This document shows positions 23,584 to 29,042 of a stretch of 29,042 nt of DNA, one piece after another; the stretch's first letter is position 1; the number at the start of each line of letters is the position of its first letter. Source of the DNA: Thermodesulfobacteriota bacterium (GTDB taxonomy: Bacteria > Desulfobacterota > Thermodesulfobacteria > Thermodesulfobacteriales > Thermodesulfatatoraceae); assembly GCA_013154385.1 (NCBI GenBank), contig JAADCO010000007.1, positions 1 through 29,042 on the forward strand. The letters run 5' to 3'. A program made the translations under genes and the position numbers. The notes under the pieces were generated by a model, which saw only the letters and a program-made list of their open reading frames with translations, was not told where the DNA came from and searched no databases.

Positions 23584-25418
23584 TGGTCTCCCTTATCGGG
23601 GTCGAGGCCCTGGCCGCCTGTCTTTCCTGCCATCGGGGGATAGAGACCATCTCCGCGGTGCCGGAGATGGCCGCCCTCTCCTGCACGGATTGTCATCGCG
23701 GAAACGGAAAGACCACGGACAAGGAAGAGGCCCATCGGGGGCTTTGGGCCAATCCCTCGGACCTGCGGGTGGTGGATGAGACCTGCGGCCGTTGCCACGC
23801 CGAGATCGTGCGCCGGCTCCGAAAGTCGCTTCACGCCACGAGCGCCGGGATCATCAGCGGCGCGCGCTACACCTGGGCCGCGCAAAAGACCAAAGAGGCC
23901 CTCTACGCCAACTACGCCGTAAGGGACGAAGACGGAGAGGTCCCGCGCGAGAGGGGAGCGCGCAAGTCCCTCCGCGCCCTGCCGACCTACGACCCCTCGC
24001 GCCCCGTCTCCCCGGAGAACCATCCCGTGGACGACTATCTGCGCGCCGAGTGCCTGCGCTGCCACGTCTGGACCAGGGGCAAGGAGACCTACGGCGACTA
24101 TCGCGCAAGCGGTTGCGCGGCCTGCCACGTGATCTACGCGGACGACGGCCTCTACCGCGGCGGAGACCGGGCCCTCGACCGCAGGAAACCGGGACGCCCC
24201 CGCTTCCATCGCCTGACCAGAAAGATCCCGAGCTTTCAATGCGTCCACTGCCACAACCGCGGCGGACGAACCGGGGTGAGCTTCTTCGGGATGATGGAAT
24301 CCGCGGGCTACGGCGCGCCCTGGTCGGACAAACCCGGAAAAAAGGCCGGGAAGAAGATCCACGGCAAGTACTACGATCACCTCCTCCCGGACATCCACCA
24401 CGAGCGGGGGCTTTCCTGCATTGACTGCCACACCAGCCGGGAGCTCCACGGCGACGGGAACATCTACAGCAAGAAGGAGCAGGCCGTGGAGATCGAGTGC
24501 GTCTCCTGCCACGGCACGGTGAAGGAAGAGGCCTCCCTCCGGACCAGCTGGGGGAACCCCCTTCCCCACGTGCGGCGCCGGGGCCGGGAGGTGATCCTCA
24601 CGGCCAAGCTCACCGGAAAGGAGCATCGCGTCCCGCAGGTGAAGGAAGTGGTCCGGAAAAACCCCGCGGCTTCCGCGGCCATGGAGATCCCGGGCCACGC
24701 GCAAAGGCTTGAATGCTACGCCTGCCACGCCCGCTGGGCCCCTCAATGTTACGGTTGCCACGTGCAGCAGGACCTCACCGAGCGGGCCGGAGACTGGCTC
24801 TCCTACGGGCCCTCGGCCGACCCTTCGCGAAAGGCCCGGGCGGCCAATCGCCTCCCCCGCGCCTTTCGCTGGCGGGAGACCCGCTCCTATCTGCGCTGGG
24901 AAAGCCCGGCCCTCGGCGTAAACAGCGAAGGGCTCGTGGCCCCCTTCGTGCCGGGTTGCCAGGTGATCTTCACCCAGGTGGACGAAAAAGGGGCCCGTTT
25001 CCTCAACCACGTCTTCCGCACGGCAGACGGGACTTACGGCCTGGCCTCAAACCCCATTCAGCCCCACACCGTGCGTCCCAAGGCGCGCACGTGTGAGGAT
25101 TGCCACACCAACCCCAAGGCCCTGGGACTGGGAACCGGGATCTACCTGAGCCGCGCCAACGGACTCGACATCCCCTTCGAACTCGAACGCCTGGTGACGG
25201 ACGACGGGAAACAGCTTCAGGCCACCAGTCACGTGGGGGCCAGACCCTTCAACGGCGAGGAGCTCCGGCGGCTGCGGCGGATAAACCTCTGCGCCGCGTG
25301 TCACACCTTCGAAAGGGACCCCGCCTTGTGGAAAGAGGTGCTCGACCGCTACGGACGGGCCGCAGACGAGACCGAGCATCAGCGGGTCCTCCAGGAACTG
25401 CTCAAGGAGGCACGATGA
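23559..25418 (+). CDS. Exported multiheme c-type cytochrome with 12 CxxCH motifs (619 aa)
   Basis: ATG 23559 behind AAAGGAGGGG; signal peptide MRGVLVFLVVSLIGVEALA; motifs CLSCH, CTDCH, CGRCH, CLRCH, CAACH, CVHCH, CIDCH, CVSCH, CYACH, CYGCH, CEDCH, CAACH. The track's 351-aa upstream extension is an off-frame read of folC. Confidence 0.92.
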   Translation: MRGVLVFLVVSLIGVEALAACLSCHRGIETISAVPEMAALSCTDCHRGNGKTTDKEEAHRGLWANPSDLRVVDETCGRCHAEIVRRLRKSLHATSAGIISGARYTWAAQKTKEALYANYAVRDEDGEVPRERGARKSLRALPTYDPSRPVSPENHPVDDYLRAECLRCHVWTRGKETYGDYRASGCAACHVIYADDGLYRGGDRALDRRKPGRPRFHRLTRKIPSFQCVHCHNRGGRTGVSFFGMMESAGYGAPWSDKPGKKAGKKIHGKYYDHLLPDIHHERGLSCIDCHTSRELHGDGNIYSKKEQAVEIECVSCHGTVKEEASLRTSWGNPLPHVRRRGREVILTAKLTGKEHRVPQVKEVVRKNPAASAAMEIPGHAQRLECYACHARWAPQCYGCHVQQDLTERAGDWLSYGPSADPSRKARAANRLPRAFRWRETRSYLRWESPALGVNSEGLVAPFVPGCQVIFTQVDEKGARFLNHVFRTADGTYGLASNPIQPHTVRPKARTCEDCHTNPKALGLGTGIYLSRANGLDIPFELERLVTDDGKQLQATSHVGARPFNGEELRRLRRINLCAACHTFERDPALWKEVLDRYGRAADETEHQRVLQELLKEAR

Positions 25419-25972
25419 GGATCACCTCCGGACGCTTGCGAGGACTGAGGCTCAAGGCCCCCAAGGGGGCTGACATCCGCCCCATGATGGACCGGGTGCG
25501 CAAGGCGCTCTTCGACGTCCTGGGGGAAAAAGTGGAAGGGGCACGGGTGCTCGACCTCTTCTGCGGCACCGGGGCCCTCGGCATCGAGGCCCTTTCCCGC
25601 GGGGCCGGGGAGGTCGTCTTCGTGGACCAGAGCCCCCAGGCCCTGGCCCTGGTCAGGGAAAACCTGCGGCGCGCCAAGATCGAGGAAGGGGCGCGGATAA
25701 AACGGCTCACCCTGCCCCGGGATCTCTCCCGGCTCGAGAAGGAGGGCCCCTTTGACCTGGTCTTCGTCACTCCTCCGTACGGACGCGGACTGGCCGCCAA
25801 GACTCTGCCCCAGCTCCCGAAACTCGTGGCCCCCGGCGGCCTCGTGGTGGTGGAAGAAAGGGCCGAAGAGGAGGTGCCCTGTCCCGAGGGGCTTGAGCTC
25901 CTCAAGGAAAAGACCTACGGGGCCACGCGGCTCTTTTTCTTCCGGCGCCCGGAGCTTGACCAGGGGGCTTGA
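25415..25972 (+). CDS. rsmD: 16S rRNA m2G966 methyltransferase (variant motif IV, TPPY)
   Basis: MRITSGRLRG, RP..DRVR..LF, LDLFCGTGALGIEALSRGA, K.YGAT; ATG 25415 (ATGA overlap); canonical position upstream of coaD. Confidence 0.92.
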   Translation: MRITSGRLRGLRLKAPKGADIRPMMDRVRKALFDVLGEKVEGARVLDLFCGTGALGIEALSRGAGEVVFVDQSPQALALVRENLRRAKIEEGARIKRLTLPRDLSRLEKEGPFDLVFVTPPYGRGLAAKTLPQLPKLVAPGGLVVVEERAEEEVPCPEGLELLKEKTYGATRLFFFRRPELDQGA

Positions 25973-25985
25973 GCAAAGCTATGGT
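25956..25985 (+). promoter_or_regulatory. Candidate internal sigma70 promoter for coaD and downstream genes
   Basis: TTGACC (25956-25961), 18 bp, TATGGT (25980-25985), followed by GAGGAGG and ATG 26009. Confidence 0.45.
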
Positions 25986-26008
25986 CTTCGGGAATTGAGG
26001 AGGGGAAA

Positions 26009-26509
26009 ATGGCAGAACGTCTGGCCGTCTATCCGGGAACCTTCGATCCCATCACCAACGGACACATTGACCTGGTGCAACGGGCACTCAAGCTCTTTGA
26101 CCGCCTGATCATCGCCATCGGGGAGAATCCGGCCAAAAAACCCCTTTTCAGCCTGGAAGAAAGGCTCTACATGGTAGAGAAGGCGGTGGAGAACTTTCCC
26201 TGTCGGAACCGCATCGAGGTGGCGAGCTTTTCCGGGCTCCTGGTGGACTTTGCCGCTTCCCGCGGGGCGCAGGCCATCATTCGCGGGCTGCGCGCGGTCT
26301 CGGACTTCGAATACGAGTTCCAGCTCGCCCTCATGAACCGGCGGCTGAACCGCCAGATCGACACCGTGTTCCTCATGCCGGGGTTCCGCTGGTTCTTCAT
26401 CAGCTCGACCATCATCAAGGAAGCGGCCCAGTTCGGGGGAGACGTCTCCGGACTCGTGCCCCCCATCGTGGAGGAAAAGCTGCGTGAGAAATTTGGTCAT
26501 CGTCGTTAG
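26009..26509 (+). CDS. coaD: Phosphopantetheine adenylyltransferase
   Basis: YPGTFDPITNGH, FSLEER, IRGLRAVSDFEYE, ISST.IKE. Confidence 0.96.
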   Translation: MAERLAVYPGTFDPITNGHIDLVQRALKLFDRLIIAIGENPAKKPLFSLEERLYMVEKAVENFPCRNRIEVASFSGLLVDFAASRGAQAIIRGLRAVSDFEYEFQLALMNRRLNRQIDTVFLMPGFRWFFISSTIIKEAAQFGGDVSGLVPPIVEEKLREKFGHRR

Positions 26510-27191
26510 TCTGCTTCTCCTGGCCTGGATCTCTCCGGCCCGCGCCGGGAAGGTCCATCTGGAATATCACGTCTCCTGGGTGGGCATCCCCGCGGGAAAG
26601 ATCAAGATGACCATCCAGGAAGAACCCACGGGGATCTATCTCCTGGCCAAATCCAAGACCGTGGGCGTGGTCAAGGTCTTCTTTCCCTTCAAGTCCCGCT
26701 GGGAGACCTGGTGCCGCCCGGACGGATACCCGGTCAAGAGCCGCATCTGGCGCAAGAAGCGGCGCAAAGAGGTGACCAAGATCTTCGTCTTCGACCAGGA
26801 AAAGGGCATCGTGCGGCGCTTCAAAAAGGGCCAGACCAAGGAGTATCGCCTCGAGCACTATCCGGTCTACGACGAACTCTCGGCCTTCTACGCCACCATG
26901 AAGGCCGACTGGTCCAAGGTCGGCGAGGAAAAGGTCTTTTGGATCTACGCGCACAAGAAGGCCAACCGCGCGGTGGTCAAGTACGAGAAGGACGAAGAAG
27001 TCAAAGACCACGAAGGCCGCAAGGTGCAGGCCAAGAAGCTCCTGGTGCAATTCGGCTTCGAGAGCGAACTCGTGAAGCGGGCCAAGAAGGCCTATCTCTG
27101 GCTTCACGACGGTTTGGTGATCAAAAGCGAAGGCGACCTGGCCATCGGTCATCTGACCGGGACCCTGGTCAAGGTCGAAAAGGAGGAATGA
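26484..27191 (+). CDS. DUF3108-like exported beta-rich protein
   Basis: Signal peptide (…SPARA), LEYHVSWVGIPAG, V..FFPFK, YDELSAFY patterns; GTG start behind GGAGG. Family assigned by pattern recall. Confidence 0.7.
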   Translation: MRNLVIVVSLLLLAWISPARAGKVHLEYHVSWVGIPAGKIKMTIQEEPTGIYLLAKSKTVGVVKVFFPFKSRWETWCRPDGYPVKSRIWRKKRRKEVTKIFVFDQEKGIVRRFKKGQTKEYRLEHYPVYDELSAFYATMKADWSKVGEEKVFWIYAHKKANRAVVKYEKDEEVKDHEGRKVQAKKLLVQFGFESELVKRAKKAYLWLHDGLVIKSEGDLAIGHLTGTLVKVEKEE

Positions 27192-27805
27192 TGGTCTCAC
27201 CCCGGCGTTCGCTGGTCCACTACGCCCAGAAGTTGGCCCATCTGGGCCTGGTCACGGGGCACGAGGGGAACCTCTCCCTGCGCACGCGGGAGGGGATCTA
27301 CACCACCCCCTCCGGGCGCTTCAAGGAGGACCTCCGGCCGGAAGACATCGTCCTCGTGGACGAAGAGGGAAAGGTCCTCGAAGGGGGCCGCCCCTCCTCG
27401 GAGCTTCCCATGCATCTTGCCATCTATCGGGCCCGGCCGGACGTGCGCGCCGTGGTCCACGCCCATCCACCCTACACCCTGGCCCTGGAAATCACCGGAC
27501 ACGACTTCTCCGAGGTCCATCTGGTCGAGGCCGCGCTCTTCCTCGGAGAGATAAAGCTCGTGCCCTTCGCCGTGCCGGGCACCGAAGAGGTCCCGGAAAA
27601 GCTTGCTCCCTTCCTCTCGGAGGGGCAGATCTTCGTGCTCTCGAGACACGGGGCCGTCACCCTGGGAAAGAGCCTGGACGAGGCCTTGAACCTCATGTGC
27701 ATCCTCGAAAAGGTCTCCCGGGTGGTGTGGCTGGCCAAGGCACTTGAGGGCGACGTGGCCCCGCTCTCCCCGGAGGAGCTTGAGCGCCTTAAGGAGCGGG
27801 CCTAG
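27191..27805 (+). CDS. Class II aldolase/adducin family protein (FucA/MtnB-like)
   Basis: EGNLS, TPSG, PSSELPMH, VVHAHP, LSRHG: catalytic Glu and three Zn-binding His are present. Start ATG 27191 (or 27188). Confidence 0.9.
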   Translation: MVSPRRSLVHYAQKLAHLGLVTGHEGNLSLRTREGIYTTPSGRFKEDLRPEDIVLVDEEGKVLEGGRPSSELPMHLAIYRARPDVRAVVHAHPPYTLALEITGHDFSEVHLVEAALFLGEIKLVPFAVPGTEEVPEKLAPFLSEGQIFVLSRHGAVTLGKSLDEALNLMCILEKVSRVVWLAKALEGDVAPLSPEELERLKERA

Positions 27806-28299
27806 ATCTCCGGGCAGAGACGCTTGAGCCGGAGGCAGAGGAGAAAGAGGGTCTCGGCCTCGGGCCCCAGGGCCTGCTGGACCTTTCTGATGTTCTCCGG
27901 CCCCAGATGATCGGCCAGTTCCGGGCAGATGAAGTTCCGACAGATGAGGGGCCTCACCTTGAGGAGACAGCCCTCCTCTCCCAGGAAATAGCACCCCTTG
28001 GGCTGGTGTCGCCGGGTCGGAAACTCCACCCCCAGGAGGAGGTTGGCCAGGAGAAGGACGTCTTCGCAGTGGAACTCCATGTCCTCTCCGCAGCAGGTCC
28101 CCCATCCCTCCCGACCGCAGCGGGCGCAGAAATCGGAAAGCCCCACTTCCCGCGCCACGGCCTCGGTGTCCGCAAAGGCTCGGAGATAACGGGAGAGGAG
28201 ATCCTTCAGGTCTTCGTCTTGCTGGAGGCGCGCACGATGGAGGTCAAAGAGGGCCCTCACCCTCTCCAGCTTGCGGGCGAGAAGGTCTCTGGCCCTCAT
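27802..28299 (-). CDS. Cys-rich hypothetical protein, YkgJ/CxxCxxCC-like metal or Fe-S binding
   Basis: FCARC..GTCC, GCYFLGEEGC, RPLICRNFIC; 11 Cys; TGATG-coupled to DUF1015. Confidence 0.7.
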   Translation of the reverse strand: MRARDLLARKLERVRALFDLHRARLQQDEDLKDLLSRYLRAFADTEAVAREVGLSDFCARCGREGWGTCCGEDMEFHCEDVLLLANLLLGVEFPTRRHQPKGCYFLGEEGCLLKVRPLICRNFICPELADHLGPENIRKVQQALGPEAETLFLLCLRLKRLCPEI

Positions 28300-29042
28300 C
28301 AGCAGGGAGGCGACTTCTGCGGGTCGATCTCGAAGAAGACCGTCCCGGTGAGGATTTTGGGATAGAAGTAGGTGGACTTGTGCGGCATGACCAGCCCGGC
28401 CTGCGCGACCTCCTCCAGGGCGAGCACCGGGGTCTTGGCAAGGAGGAACCCGAAACAGCCGCCGCGGGCCCGGGCCATGATCTCCTCCACCCAGGGCGTG
28501 TAGACCAGGCGGCCCTCTTCCTTGAGGCGCGTTTCGTCTATTCCCAGGGCCTCGGCCATGACGCTGGTGAAGACCGCCACGGGCAGGCGGAAGATCTCCT
28601 GCGGGAGATGGTCCGTCAGGCGGGCGGCCCCTTCGTTCAGGGAGAACCGGAAAGCCTCGCCCTCGTGAACCACGACGAACTCGAGGGAGGAAAGCGAATG
28701 GAGCACCTCCTCGAGACGGGAGGGCGAAATCTTCTCGAAGTGGCCGAAGATCCCCAGGCGCCGGAAGACCTCCTCGCGCGGGAGCCCGAGATCCAGGAGC
28801 CGATGGGTGGGGAGCACGAGGAGCCCCGGTTCCTCGAAGGGGCAGAGATACATCATCATGTAGTGGAAACAGCGCAACGGCTGGGAGCCGTAGGTCTCTT
28901 CCATCTCCTTCATGAACCGCAGGGCCGTGGTGTAGCGATGATGCCCGTCGGCGATGTAGAGCTTGCGCGTGGAGAGAAACCTCCTCACCTCCTCGACGAC
29001 CTCGGGTTCGGTGACCAGAGAGAGCTCGTGCCGGAACCCCTC
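28299..29042 (-). CDS. DUF1015-family protein (N-terminal part lies outside the window)
   Basis: LYIADGHHRY, LPTHR, MPHKSTYFYPK. The frame stays open from 28988 to the window edge (EGFRHELSLVTEPEVVEEV), so the track's start is not the real start. Confidence 0.88.
   Translation of the reverse strand, partial: EGFRHELSLVTEPEVVEEVRRFLSTRKLYIADGHHRYTTALRFMKEMEETYGSQPLRCFHYMMMYLCPFEEPGLLVLPTHRLLDLGLPREEVFRRLGIFGHFEKISPSRLEEVLHSLSSLEFVVVHEGEAFRFSLNEGAARLTDHLPQEIFRLPVAVFTSVMAEALGIDETRLKEEGRLVYTPWVEEIMARARGGCFGFLLAKTPVLALEEVAQAGLVMPHKSTYFYPKILTGTVFFEIDPQKSPPC

Noticed and set aside
18172-25010. Minus-strand ORFs 18172..19884 (570 aa) and 23580..25010 (476 aa)
   Set aside because: They overlap well-supported genes (pgeF/lptG and the cytochrome) and contain no motifs.
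22506-25418. Apparent 970-aa cytochrome fusion
   Set aside because: The first 351 codons are an alternative frame of folC; the RBS and signal peptide start at 23559.
1-29042. tRNA, rRNA, CRISPR arrays, IS elements, integrases or prophage genes
   Set aside because: Intergenic gaps are all under about 140 bp and contain no cloverleaf, repeat-spacer array or terminal inverted repeats, and no translated ORF carries transposase, integrase or phage motifs.

Overview
This is a very compact, GC-rich core-genome stretch with about 30 tightly packed or overlapping genes. The gene content (LptFG, futalosine-pathway MqnA, multiheme cytochrome c, Sec-type SelD, two-subunit biotin carboxylase) suggests an anaerobic diderm such as a Desulfobacterota/Thermodesulfobacteria-like organism; that assignment is inference only. 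I found no rRNA, tRNA, CRISPR array, transposase, integrase or prophage gene. Gene order: porin (partial, -) | pycB, pycA (-) | PHP, DUF151, miaB (-) | creatininase-like, TlpA (+) | selD (-) | hybrid kinase (+) | FmdB, gpsA (-) | DUF62, methyltransferase (+) | DciA, PMM/PGM, MBL hydrolase, mqnA (-) | pgeF (+) | lptG, lptF (-) | VanZ, folC, 12-heme cytochrome, rsmD, coaD, DUF3108, class II aldolase (+) | Cys-rich protein, DUF1015 (partial, -). The ORF track misses or miscalls several of these: the porin at the left edge is absent, selD is truncated at an in-frame UGA that reads as selenocysteine and has a SECIS-like hairpin, and two apparent long fusions are spurious N-terminal extensions. I cannot demonstrate a self-contained new multi-gene system. 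The best leads are the recoded selD, a Pho-box-like 11-bp repeat array driving the porin, an orphan 12-heme cytochrome inside a housekeeping operon, a low-GC patch with a possible internal start in the hybrid kinase, and several enzymes with altered catalytic motifs (MBL hydrolase GFC, RsmD TPPY, divergent carboxyltransferase).
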